Shown piece after piece: positions 25,083 through 34,044 of a DNA stretch of 64,000 nucleotides. Positions within the stretch are counted from its first letter, which is position 1, and every line of letters starts with the position of its first letter. Location of the stretch: positions 576,001 to 640,000 of the forward strand of contig CAVRZA010000011.1 of assembly GCA_963725665.1 (NCBI GenBank). The letters run 5' to 3'. This DNA comes from an uncultured Actinomycetes bacterium (GTDB lineage Bacteria > Actinomycetota > Thermoleophilia > UBA2241). The notes under the pieces are model-generated. The model did not search any database and had not been told where the DNA came from. It saw only the letters and a program-made list of their open reading frames with translations. The position numbers were made by a program, and so were the translations under genes.

Positions 25083-25850
25083 CTAGGTCTCGGCGTCGAG
25101 CGTCGAGCCGAAGTCGGTCTTCTGCTCGCGGTGGGTCGTCTCGAGGTCCGTCTTCTCGACGGTGTCGCGTGACTTGTACAGCTTGCGCGAGTCCTGGACC
25201 TGCTCGTAGGCGTCATCGATGACCGCTCCCATCTTGCGCCACAGACAGACGTCCCTCTTGAGGTACTTGGTCTTGATCACATCGTCGCAACGCGGTTCCA
25301 GCGGGCAGGCGAAGCATACCTCGTTGTCGACCACCGTCTTCTGCACGCGGGCTACCTCGCCCTCGTCGATGCGGCGGTAGGCATCGAGCAGGAGCTGCTG
25401 GACGTTGGCCTGGATCGACACGCGAAAATCGGGCATCCTCTCGGGCTCGTCGTAGAGGAAGACGCCGTTCTGCCACTGCGCGAGGGCGAAGACCTGGTCC
25501 GTCAACTGGCGCGCCATGACCTCCTGCACCGTCTGCGCGTTGGTCCACCCCTTGTCGATGAGGCGCTGGCCGAGTGGCTTGGCCTTCTTCTCCTCGTGCG
25601 TCATCGTGGCCTCTTCCATGAGCGCCTCGGCGAGCTGCTGATCCGTGAGGGCGCCGGCACGCACGAGGCGGTTGCCGAGCTTCTCGTCGGTGACGGGGAG
25701 GGAGATCGCCTCGACGTGCCCGCCTACAAGGTAGACGAAGCCGAACTCGTCGAAGTCGCGCACCTCGACCACGCCGCTGGCCTCAGCCTGGGCCAGGAAC
25801 TGCAGCACGCTCGCCAGGTTGAAGCGCCGTATCGAGCCCTCGAGCAACAT
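25083..25850 (-). CDS. DUF4388 domain protein with MshEN-like repeats and a Cys-rich C-terminus
   Basis: LEGSIRRFNLASVLQFL, WQNGVF, LLLDAYRRIDE; KLG..LV..G and PLG..LI..G repeats; CFAC-x5-C-x13-C. Confidence 0.8.
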   Translation of the reverse strand: MLLEGSIRRFNLASVLQFLAQAEASGVVEVRDFDEFGFVYLVGGHVEAISLPVTDEKLGNRLVRAGALTDQQLAEALMEEATMTHEEKKAKPLGQRLIDKGWTNAQTVQEVMARQLTDQVFALAQWQNGVFLYDEPERMPDFRVSIQANVQQLLLDAYRRIDEGEVARVQKTVVDNEVCFACPLEPRCDDVIKTKYLKRDVCLWRKMGAVIDDAYEQVQDSRKLYKSRDTVEKTDLETTHREQKTDFGSTLDAET

Positions 25851-25976
25851 ACCCCCCTTAGTCGGCAAGATGCCGGTGGATACTTAGTTCGCTGCGCGGT
25901 CCTCGGGGCGTCCGACAGGCGAGCGCCGGCGGTCTGGCGTCGAGCGGGGGACGGGCGCGAGGGGCGGTCGGCTTCG

Positions 25977-26006
25977 TTGACCGCCCCTCGCGCCCACGTC
26001 TATACT
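25977..26006 (+). promoter_or_regulatory. Housekeeping promoter of the rpmH operon
   Basis: TTGACC-N18-TATACT. Confidence 0.7.
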
Positions 26007-26068
26007 CCACTCTTTGGATACGCGCGAGACCGTCGGCGCCCGCCGCCTGCTACACAAGTGAGGACCAC

Positions 26069-26203
26069 GTGAAGAGGACGTACCAGCCGAACACCCGCAA
26101 GCGCAAGAAGACCCACGGCTTCCGCAAGCGCATGAGCACCAAGGCTGGTCGTTTGGTCATCAAGCGCCGTCGGCAGAAGGGTCGCAAGCGGCTGTCGGCG
26201 TAG
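26069..26203 (+). CDS. rpmH: 50S ribosomal protein L34
   Basis: Hand translation [44 protein letters not shown] (too short for the ORF track). Confidence 0.97.
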   Translation: MKRTYQPNTRKRKKTHGFRKRMSTKAGRLVIKRRRQKGRKRLSA

Positions 26204-26212
26204 CGGCGCGAG

Positions 26213-26605
26213 GTGAAGGCTCGCTCGCGCCTGTCGCGCTCCAGCGACTTCCAGAGGGTCTACCGCCAGGGCAGCTCGACCGCGTCGCGCTTCCTGGTCT
26301 TGTACTACTTCAAGCGTTCGTCCGAGGCGGCCGGCGAGGGGTCGCGGATTGGCCTCTCGGTCTCGAAGAAGCTCGGTGGAGCCGTTGTTCGCAACCGGAT
26401 CAAGCGTCTGCTGCGCGAGGCCTTCAGAGGCTGTGAAGCGCGGCTGGCGCAGGAGTTCGATTACGTTGTCATCGCACGTCCCCAGCTTCTCGAGCTCGTG
26501 GGGGACGACAAGAAAGGCGCCGTGACGCAAGCCCTCGTCGAGCTGCTGGAGAAGGCCTCCCTCCTCGGGCCGACCGATGCCTCCGCGTCGGAGAGGGCAG
26601 GCTAG
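26213..26605 (+). CDS. rnpA: RNase P protein component
   Basis: RIGLSVSKKLGGAVVRNRIKRLLRE. Confidence 0.96.
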   Translation: MKARSRLSRSSDFQRVYRQGSSTASRFLVLYYFKRSSEAAGEGSRIGLSVSKKLGGAVVRNRIKRLLREAFRGCEARLAQEFDYVVIARPQLLELVGDDKKGAVTQALVELLEKASLLGPTDASASERAG

Positions 26606-26614
26606 GAAGCTAGC

Positions 26615-26836
26615 ATGAGCAGGATCCTCATCGCCCTGATCAGGGCCTACCAGTACGCCATCTCGCCGCTGTTGGGCGCGCGCTGCAAGTACTACCCGAG
26701 CTGTTCCGCCTACACGCTCGAGGCCATCAAGGTCCATGGGCCGCTGAAGGGCGTGGCTATGGGCGCCTGGCGCATCCTGCGCTGCAACCCGTTCAGCAAC
26801 GGCGGCTTCGATCCTGTGCCGCCGAGGCGAGCCTGA
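26615..26836 (+). CDS. yidD: Membrane protein insertion efficiency factor
   Basis: [25 protein letters not shown]. Confidence 0.95.
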   Translation: MSRILIALIRAYQYAISPLLGARCKYYPSCSAYTLEAIKVHGPLKGVAMGAWRILRCNPFSNGGFDPVPPRRA

Positions 26837-26837
26837 C

Positions 26838-27911
26838 GTGTCACACCTCGCCTTCTTCTTCCCGCTGACGGCCGACCTCGCCCACGCGCTGTGGGGTCTC
26901 CATCATCTGCCGACCGTCGCCGCGTCGAGTCCTTTCAGCGGCCTGAAGGAGCTCTTCAACTTCCTCTTCGGATGGCTCTACGACCTCCTCAAGTGGCTGC
27001 TCACCGAGCTGCACACGTGGCTCGAGCCCACGTTCGGTTCGCAGGCGTGGGGCGTGGCCATCATCGTGCTGACGATCATCGTCCGCCTCGTCCTCTTCCC
27101 GCTCACCTTCAAGCAGTACCAGGGCGCCCTGCGCATGCAGGCGCTGCAGCCGAAGATCAAAGAGCTGCAGCGCAAGTACAAGAACGACCGCGCCCTGCTG
27201 CAGCAGGAGACCATGAAGCTCTACCAGCAGTACCGGGTGAACCCCTTCGCCTCGTGCCTGCCGGTGCTGCTGCAGCTACCCGTCTTCATCTGCCTTTACT
27301 ACGCCATCCGCAACACCGAAGCTCTCAAGACGGCGCCCTTCCTGTGGATCCCCGAGCTCGGCCAGCCTGACCCCTACTACATCCTCTTCGTCCTCTACAT
27401 CGTCACGCAGATGATCTCGACCGAGCTGACGATGACGCCGTCCACCGACCCGCAGCAGAAGTGGATCATGCGCGCCATGCCGATCTTCTTCGTCTTCATC
27501 CTCTACCGCTTCCCCTCGGGCCTCTTCCTCTACTGGGTCACGACCAACCTGTGGACGATCGGGCAGCAGCTCATCATCCGCCGCACGATGCACGTCGAGC
27601 TCACTCCCGTAGCTGAAGGTCAGCAGCGAAGACACGGACGTTTCATGTCTGCTTTGATGCAGGCTCAGGAACAGCGAGAGACCCAGGCGGGGAAGAAGGG
27701 TCCGTCCGGTCAGCCTGCTGGCGGCAAGACCCCCGGCGCGAAGCGCACCGGCGCGAGCTCGGGCGGCAAGGGGACGAAGCCGCGCCAGGGCAAGCCGACC
27801 GGCAGACCCGCCCGCGGCACCAACCCTCCGTCGGGCGGCGGGCAGCGACCGCCGGGCAAAGCCGCCGGGCCCGGCAAGAAGACAACCCCCGGCGAGAGGC
27901 CGAAGAGCTAG
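26838..27911 (+). CDS. yidC: YidC/Oxa1 membrane insertase with basic C-terminal tail
   Basis: LTIIVRLVLFPL, LQPKIKELQ, SCLPVLLQLPVF, GLFLYW; start uncertain. Confidence 0.93.
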   Translation: MSHLAFFFPLTADLAHALWGLHHLPTVAASSPFSGLKELFNFLFGWLYDLLKWLLTELHTWLEPTFGSQAWGVAIIVLTIIVRLVLFPLTFKQYQGALRMQALQPKIKELQRKYKNDRALLQQETMKLYQQYRVNPFASCLPVLLQLPVFICLYYAIRNTEALKTAPFLWIPELGQPDPYYILFVLYIVTQMISTELTMTPSTDPQQKWIMRAMPIFFVFILYRFPSGLFLYWVTTNLWTIGQQLIIRRTMHVELTPVAEGQQRRHGRFMSALMQAQEQRETQAGKKGPSGQPAGGKTPGAKRTGASSGGKGTKPRQGKPTGRPARGTNPPSGGGQRPPGKAAGPGKKTTPGERPKS

Positions 27912-27931
27912 AGAAGCGGGAGCGTGCAGCG

Positions 27932-28693
27932 ATGGACGATCTCAACGGGACACCTCCCGACCAGACCGCCGACGACCAGGCGGCCGAAGACCAAACGGCG
28001 GATATCGCTGAAGAGACCGAGTTCGCCACTGTGGCCAGCGGGCCGACGGTCGAGGCGGCCAAGGCCAAGGCGCTCGAGCAGTTGCGCAAGGTCGTGCCGT
28101 ACGTCAGCGAGGTCGACGTCGAGTTCATCGTGCTCGACGAGGGTGGCCAGGGCGGCTTCCTCGGCATGGGCAAGAGTCACCCGCGTGTCGAGGCGCACCT
28201 GCGGCCGAGCGGCGAGCGGGTCGACGAGGGGATGCCGGCGGCGCGCGAGCAGTTGCGCGAGTTCATCGAGCACGTAACCGAGGCCATGGGGCTCGACGTG
28301 CACATAGACGTCTCAGAGACGCCGGAGTCGATCGTAGCCGATGTCGCCGGCGACGACCTGGGCATCCTCATCGGGCGTCACGGCCAGACGATCGACGCCT
28401 TGCAGTACCTGGCGGCCATCGCGGTCAACAGCCACCGCCAGAGCCGACGGCAGATCGTCATCGACGCCGAGGGATACCGCGAGCGGCGGGAGTCGTCACT
28501 CAAGGCGCTGGCCGACCGCACGGCGCAGAAGGTGACCCGCAACGCGGCGCCCATCGAGCTGCTGCCCATGACGGCCACCGAGCGCAAGATCATCCACCTG
28601 CACCTCAAGGACCACCCCCGCGTCGAGACGGTCTCCGAGGGCGTCGAGCCCTACCGCAAGGTCATCGTCTCACTCAAGCGCCGCGGCCAGTAG
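27932..28693 (+). CDS. jag: Jag/KhpB RNA-binding protein (KH + R3H)
   Basis: GGFLGMG, LIGRHGQTIDALQYL, ERKIIH, SEGVEPYR. Confidence 0.93.
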   Translation: MDDLNGTPPDQTADDQAAEDQTADIAEETEFATVASGPTVEAAKAKALEQLRKVVPYVSEVDVEFIVLDEGGQGGFLGMGKSHPRVEAHLRPSGERVDEGMPAAREQLREFIEHVTEAMGLDVHIDVSETPESIVADVAGDDLGILIGRHGQTIDALQYLAAIAVNSHRQSRRQIVIDAEGYRERRESSLKALADRTAQKVTRNAAPIELLPMTATERKIIHLHLKDHPRVETVSEGVEPYRKVIVSLKRRGQ

Positions 28694-28809
28694 GTCCGTC
28701 CGGCGACGCGCACGTCAAGTGCGGCGTCGCCTCAGCCGATACACGCTAGCGGGCCGCACATCGCGGCACTGCTGCGCCTCGTGGCAACAGACCATCCCGG
28801 GAGGGTGTG

Positions 28810-29826
28810 ATGCGCCGAACAGTGCGGATCGCCGGACTCGCCGCTGCGCTGCTCGTGGCTGCGCTCGCGCTGGCCGCCTGCGGCGTCCAGAAGATCGACG
28901 GCATGACTGCCACCGACATCGTGGCCAAGAGCAACGCCGCCATGCGGGACGTCAAGAGCGTCGCCATCGACGGCAGCCTCGAGATCACCATCACGGGCGA
29001 CAAGGACAAGGCCGGCGACCCCACGAGCGCGCTCCTGTTGGGTGCTCCCCTGAGTCTCACCATGAACGGGGTCGTCTCGGAGGAGCCGGTCGCCATGGAC
29101 ATGACGATCAAGGTGCCGCTCCTCGCCATGGTGTCCCCGGGGACTGAGACCATCCAGGAGCGTGTGATCGGCGACCGGATCTACCTCCGCTTCGGCGAGC
29201 AGTGGTACGGGATGAAGCAGCCCACGGCCAAGCCAGCCACACCGAGTCCCTCACCGTCGGTCTCCACCGAGCAGGTCCTCGGGGCCCTGAAGGGGCTGGG
29301 CGTCGACATCAACGCTTGGGTCAAGGACAAGCAGGACTTGACAGCGGAACAGCTCGACGGCCACGCGGTCTACCGCGTGAGCGAGGAGGTCGACGTCGAC
29401 GCCCTCGCTGACGGTGTCGCCAAGCTGCTGGCGCACGCCGGCTCGCTGCAGGAGCTGGTTCCGAGTGAGCAGAGTGAAGTCACGCAGCAGCAGCTCGACA
29501 TACTCAAGGCGCAGAGCGGCCGCGTCGCCGAGTCCTTGAAGGAGTACCTGAGAGGCGCGACGGTCGATCTCTGGATAGAGAAGGGGAGCTTCTACCTCGA
29601 CAAGATGGCGTTCAGCGCCGATATCGACCTGCCCGATGAGGCTGTCGAGAAGGGCATGAGCAATGTGAAGCTCGCCCTAAGCTTCGCTCTCTCCCGCTTC
29701 AACGAGCCGGTACAGGTCGAGAAACCGACCGACGTCAAACCACTCGCCAAGGCGCTGCCGGGGATGTGGCAGACGGGCGGCGCCGCGGGCGGCGCACTGC
29801 TGCCCGGAGCTTCACAGAGCTTCTAG
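28810..29826 (+). CDS. Lipoprotein, possibly LolA/LppX-like fold
   Basis: Lipobox LAAC; C-terminal LSRFNEPVQVEKP. Confidence 0.75.
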   Translation: MRRTVRIAGLAAALLVAALALAACGVQKIDGMTATDIVAKSNAAMRDVKSVAIDGSLEITITGDKDKAGDPTSALLLGAPLSLTMNGVVSEEPVAMDMTIKVPLLAMVSPGTETIQERVIGDRIYLRFGEQWYGMKQPTAKPATPSPSPSVSTEQVLGALKGLGVDINAWVKDKQDLTAEQLDGHAVYRVSEEVDVDALADGVAKLLAHAGSLQELVPSEQSEVTQQQLDILKAQSGRVAESLKEYLRGATVDLWIEKGSFYLDKMAFSADIDLPDEAVEKGMSNVKLALSFALSRFNEPVQVEKPTDVKPLAKALPGMWQTGGAAGGALLPGASQSF

Positions 29827-29897
29827 AGGCGGCTCTGGATCCCCTCGGGGGGACGTGCCTTTCGGTAGGCGCGAACGCGCGCGACTTCGACGGCAGG

Positions 29898-31322
29898 CTA
29901 GCGGCCCCAGTCGAAGTCGCGCGCGTTCTGGTTCTCCCAGGGTACGACGGCTTCGTCGTCGGTGCGCTGTCCCATCATCGACTTCGAGATGATCACCCCG
30001 CTGGTGACGCTCGCAGTCGAAACACTAGGCTCCACGTCCGCGGCCGTCTCTTCTTTCGGAGTCGGACGCTTGCCAAACGTCGGCGAGAGCTGCACCGTGC
30101 CGTCGCTCCTGACCGTGCCGTTGGGCTGGAGCTCGGCGAGCTCCTCATAGCCCCGCTCGGCCAGGCTCACGCCGCCGGAGCCCTCAGTGAGTACCGAGAA
30201 GCGGTACCAGCCGAGCGGCCAGACGTAGGTCACGCTGATGCTGGCATCGGGCTCGACGGCGACGTGCACGAAGGGCACACCGAGGCTCGCGCTCGTTTCG
30301 GCGATCTTCTTCGGCACTGCGCTCACGTTGAGGATGTCGACACCACGCTGCACAAGGTGCAGCTCCTCGTCGGTCAGGTAGTCGTCCGCGGCGCCAGTGT
30401 CCACCGGCCAGGCGTGCTCGCCTTCGTCCGCGGCAGCGGCGCTCTCGGCTGCGATACCGTCAGCCGCGCCCTCGGCAGCGACACCGGCAGCGGCGCTCTC
30501 GGCGGCGAGGATCTGATCGCTGGTGAGGGTCCCCGGCAGCGTGTCCTCGAGGTCTCCCTCACGCTCCTCGTCGACAGGCGGCCCCGGCGATTCCTCTGCG
30601 GCCACGCCGGCCGCCGCGACGTCGGCCACGGCCGGCGTCATCTCATGCTGAGCCGGTGCTGCGACGCTCTCGGCCTCCGCCGTCTCGTGCTGAGCCGGCG
30701 CGGCCATGCTCTCGGCGGCTGCCGCCTCGGAATCGGGAGCTGCGGCGGCGTCGGGCTCCGACATCGTTTCGAGAGCTGCGGCGGCGTCGGGCTCCGACAC
30801 CGTTTCCAGAGCCGCAGCGGCGTCAATCTCCGGCGCTGCATCCGGAGCCGCGGCGGCAGTGGGCTCAGATACGGCCTCTGGAGCAGCAGCGTCGCGCTCT
30901 GGCGCCGAATCGAGCGCCGCACCACCACCACCCGGCTCCGCCGCCTCGAGAGCGGCGTCGCTTGCGCCACGAAGGACGGCGAGCTCGGCGAGCAGCTCTT
31001 CCTTCTCGGCCTCGGTCTGCTCGAGGCGCGCGCGCAGATCCTCGATCTCCGCGTCCTTCTCCTTGAGCGCGAGCCAGAAGGCGTCGCTCCTTCGCTTCGT
31101 CTCGCGTCCGTTCGCGGAAGCCGGCTGGTCGCCGTCGGCCATCGGCATCTCCACGGCGGGCGACCGGCTCGAGCGTGACTGGCTGCAGAGGGAGCACAGG
31201 AGCACCTCGTCGCCGTCGTCTGCGATCATCCTCTGAGTCCACTCGCCGGCGAGGAGCGTGCGTCCGCACGAGGCACAACGGGTCTCGTCGGCAGGTTCTC
31301 TCTTGCGACCGAAGGGCCACAT
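29898..31322 (-). CDS. Hypothetical protein: CxxC...CxxC finger, coiled coil, A/E/P repeats, C-terminal globular domain
   Basis: CASC and CSLC; acidic repeat linker; GGGG RBS; TATAAT upstream on the minus strand. Confidence 0.75.
   Translation of the reverse strand: MWPFGRKREPADETRCASCGRTLLAGEWTQRMIADDGDEVLLCSLCSQSRSSRSPAVEMPMADGDQPASANGRETKRRSDAFWLALKEKDAEIEDLRARLEQTEAEKEELLAELAVLRGASDAALEAAEPGGGGAALDSAPERDAAAPEAVSEPTAAAAPDAAPEIDAAAALETVSEPDAAAALETMSEPDAAAAPDSEAAAAESMAAPAQHETAEAESVAAPAQHEMTPAVADVAAAGVAAEESPGPPVDEEREGDLEDTLPGTLTSDQILAAESAAAGVAAEGAADGIAAESAAAADEGEHAWPVDTGAADDYLTDEELHLVQRGVDILNVSAVPKKIAETSASLGVPFVHVAVEPDASISVTYVWPLGWYRFSVLTEGSGGVSLAERGYEELAELQPNGTVRSDGTVQLSPTFGKRPTPKEETAADVEPSVSTASVTSGVIISKSMMGQRTDDEAVVPWENQNARDFDWGR
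30737..30808. repeat. 36-bp tandem coding repeat
   Basis: GAGCTGCGGCGGCGTCGGGCTCCGACAYCGTTTCSA, two copies with degenerate flanking copies. Confidence 0.8.
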
Positions 31323-31442
31323 GGTGTACCCCCGTGGTGTCGGATGGGATGGCAGCCCGGGGGCTGCAAGGTTGCCGATTATAGCACGGAGGATCGTCGC
31401 CGAGACGCGCCGCTGAGCCCCTGGCCACCGGCTCGCTCTGCG

Positions 31443-32624
31443 TCAGGGGACAAGCTCGTAGACGCTGCCTGAGAGCGAGACCAGGTAGAGCTCGCCCGAG
31501 GCGTCGCGGCCGAAAGACGAGATCTGCGTCACCTGCCGCGAGACGGGAGCCTCCGCGACGCGGCCGCCGGGCCCCTTCATCATCCAGACTCGCCCGGAGC
31601 AGAAATCGGCGAAGAGGTAGTAGCCCGCCAGGGAGGGGATGGCGTTGCCGCGATAGACGTAGCCTCCGGTCACAGCGCAACCCTGGGTGTGCGCGTACTC
31701 GAACACCGGGAACTTGAGTCGCGCACGGTCTATCGGCTGCTGCTTGTAGACGTGATCGCCCTCGTAGTAGCTCCAGCCGAAGTTGGCGCCCGGCGGTGTG
31801 CCGGCCTTGAGGAAGTCGACCTCCTCCCATCTGTCCTGGCCCACGTCGCCGATCCACAGGTCGCCGTTCGCCGGGTCGAACGAGAAGCGCCAGGGGTTGC
31901 GCAGGCCGTAGGCGTACGTGTCGACGCGGGTCGGGGAGCCCCCGACGTCGAGGCGCAGGATCTTGGCCAGACGCACGCGCAGGTTCTGCCCGTAGTCGTG
32001 GGGGTCGCCCTCGCTGCCGCCGTCGCCAAGCCCTACGTAGAGCCTGCCGTCGGGTCCGAACTGGAGCTGCCCGCCGTTGTGGTTCGCGTAAGGCTGGTCC
32101 ACGGTGAGGATCACCTTGCGCGTCGCGGGGTCGATACGGTCGGGCTCGCTCTGGCTCGCGGTGTAGCGCGCCACCACGGTGTCACCGGCGACGTCCGTGT
32201 AGTCCACGTAGATGCGGCGGTCGGTCGCGTAGGTGGGGCTGAAGGCGAGCGAGAGGAGACCCTGCTCGGTCGCGGTACTCACCTCGGCAGTGAGGTCGAG
32301 GAAAGGCGTTGCGCGCAGGGTCCCGTCCCTGATGATGCGGATCGTGCCGCCCCTCTCGACGATGAACAGGCGGTGCGTGTCGCCCGGCGGAGAGGCGACG
32401 TAGACCGGCTGCGACAGACCCTGCGCGACCGGCTTGAGCACGAACTCGGGCGAGGCGGCGGGGGCGGGCGCGGAGGACACGGGCGAAGTGGTTCCCGCCG
32501 CCGGCGAGGATGACTGCGCGCTGGAGGGGCTTCGTGCGGGCTGGCCGCAGGCGGAGACGAGGGCGGCCAGCGCGACCGCGGCCAGCAGACCCAGGCCAAG
32601 CCGACTGCGGCGGCGGTTCTTCAT
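31443..32624 (-). CDS. PQQ-dependent sugar dehydrogenase (GSDH family) lipoprotein
   Basis: LVSAC lipobox, EQGLLS, NHNGGQLQFGPDG, GLRNPWRFSFD, DVGQ, NFGW. Confidence 0.9.
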   Translation of the reverse strand: MKNRRRSRLGLGLLAAVALAALVSACGQPARSPSSAQSSSPAAGTTSPVSSAPAPAASPEFVLKPVAQGLSQPVYVASPPGDTHRLFIVERGGTIRIIRDGTLRATPFLDLTAEVSTATEQGLLSLAFSPTYATDRRIYVDYTDVAGDTVVARYTASQSEPDRIDPATRKVILTVDQPYANHNGGQLQFGPDGRLYVGLGDGGSEGDPHDYGQNLRVRLAKILRLDVGGSPTRVDTYAYGLRNPWRFSFDPANGDLWIGDVGQDRWEEVDFLKAGTPPGANFGWSYYEGDHVYKQQPIDRARLKFPVFEYAHTQGCAVTGGYVYRGNAIPSLAGYYLFADFCSGRVWMMKGPGGRVAEAPVSRQVTQISSFGRDASGELYLVSLSGSVYELVP

Positions 32625-32673
32625 CGGGCGCCGGCGAGAGTTCTCAGTGCACGTGCGCCGAGAGTCCGAGCCG

Positions 32674-32919
32674 TCAAAGCTCCGCCGGCGCCTCGTACTC
32701 GAGGTCGTCGTCTTCGGCGCTGGCGATGAGTTCCTTGGCGAGCGCCAGGTCCTCGCGGGGCACAAGCACGTCGATCTCTCCGATCCCGGCCACGCCGGGG
32801 TAGACCGACTGCACACCGCCGTCGCGCAGGACGACGTCGATGCCGGCCGACTCGAGCATGCCCTTGATGATCGACGCGAGCCCGATGTCGGGTGCTGTGG
32901 TGGCTACGCTGAGATCCAT
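32674..32919 (-). CDS. DUF2007 domain protein
   Basis: ASIIKGMLESAGI, VLVPREDLALAKELI; GGAG RBS. Confidence 0.8.
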   Translation of the reverse strand: MDLSVATTAPDIGLASIIKGMLESAGIDVVLRDGGVQSVYPGVAGIGEIDVLVPREDLALAKELIASAEDDDLEYEAPAEL

Positions 32920-33093
32920 ACTCCACCCCCGTCTGTCGTTCGTCGCCGCACGCTCTCCGGCGTCGTGCCCTTTCGCCTCCAGTATACCGCCGCTCCCCGT
33001 GAGTACCCGCCGAGAGCGGCAGGCACTCCTCGACGTTTGCCTCCTGGTCGTCCATACCGCAGCGGTGCCCCTCGGCGGCCAGGCCGGAAGCTT

Positions 33094-33939
33094 TCAGTGC
33101 CTCATGCTGCGCAGCAGCTCCATGTTCTGCTCATCAGGTCCGTGGCCGTCGAAGCCGGGGACCTCGGTGATGCCGGGAAGGTCGTCGAACGCCGGATGGT
33201 TCACGATCGTGGCCATCGACGCGAGCCCGAGCCGGCCCTCGCCGATGTTCTCGTGCCGGTCCACGTTCGAGGCGAGCGGCGTCTTGGAGTCGTTCAAGTG
33301 GAGCATGACGAGGCGCTCGAGGCCGGCGGCCGCGTCGAGCGCCTCGAGCGCCTCGTCGAGCCCCGCGCGCGTGGCGATGTCGTAGCCGGCCTCGTAGAGG
33401 TGCGCCGTGTCGAGACAGAGGCCGAGCTTGGGGTCGCGGCCTACGCAGTCGATGATGGCTGCCAGGTCCTCGAAGGTGCGCCCCATGGTGCCGCCGGCGC
33501 CGGCCGTGTTCTCGAGCAGAACGCGCACGTTCGAGTCGGCGCACTCCTCGAGTGCCTTGCCGAGGGCGTCAGCCACCCGCGTGAGCCCGTCGTCGAAGCC
33601 CGATCCCTGGTGGGAGCCGACGTGGGTGACGATCGCCTCCGCCCCGAGCTGCTCGGCGGCCACGACCGCGCCCACGAGCGACTCCACCGACTTGCGGTAG
33701 AAGTCCTCGTTCGACGTCGCCAGGTTGATCAGGTAGATGGTGTGGATGACGAGGAAGCGGATGGCGGACGCGCCGCGCTCCTCACGGAAGCGCGCCGCGT
33801 CCGCCTCCTTGTAGAGCATCGGCTTCCAGGTGCGAGGACTGCCGGCGAAGAACTGGATCGCCTCGGCGCCGAGGCGCCGGCCGTTGTCGATAGCGCTCCA
33901 CACGCCGCCGCTGGCCCGAACGTGCGCTCCCAGGTACAT
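33094..33939 (-). CDS. nfo: Endonuclease IV
   Basis: GAHV, HTIYLINLA, LLENTAG, CLDTAH, HLNDSK, DRHENIGEG. Confidence 0.95.
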   Translation of the reverse strand: MYLGAHVRASGGVWSAIDNGRRLGAEAIQFFAGSPRTWKPMLYKEADAARFREERGASAIRFLVIHTIYLINLATSNEDFYRKSVESLVGAVVAAEQLGAEAIVTHVGSHQGSGFDDGLTRVADALGKALEECADSNVRVLLENTAGAGGTMGRTFEDLAAIIDCVGRDPKLGLCLDTAHLYEAGYDIATRAGLDEALEALDAAAGLERLVMLHLNDSKTPLASNVDRHENIGEGRLGLASMATIVNHPAFDDLPGITEVPGFDGHGPDEQNMELLRSMRH

Positions 33940-34044
33940 GGTCGTCTCCTTGTGCCGTGACACGGCCAGTGTACCTTGGGGAACGACAGCGCTTCACGAC
34001 TCGCCCCGTCGGCGACGGAGCTCGCAATCGGGGGACGTGATCGA

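Noticed and set aside
25851-26068. oriC upstream of rpmH
   Set aside because: No DnaA boxes, no AT-rich unwinding element, no dnaA
27620-27911. Long basic YidC tail as a novelty
   Set aside because: Positively charged C-terminal tails are already known in Gram-positive YidC and Oxa1
30640-30880. CRISPR-like repeat array (also 22028-22092)
   Set aside because: Periods are multiples of 3 inside a coding linker; no unique spacers and no cas genes
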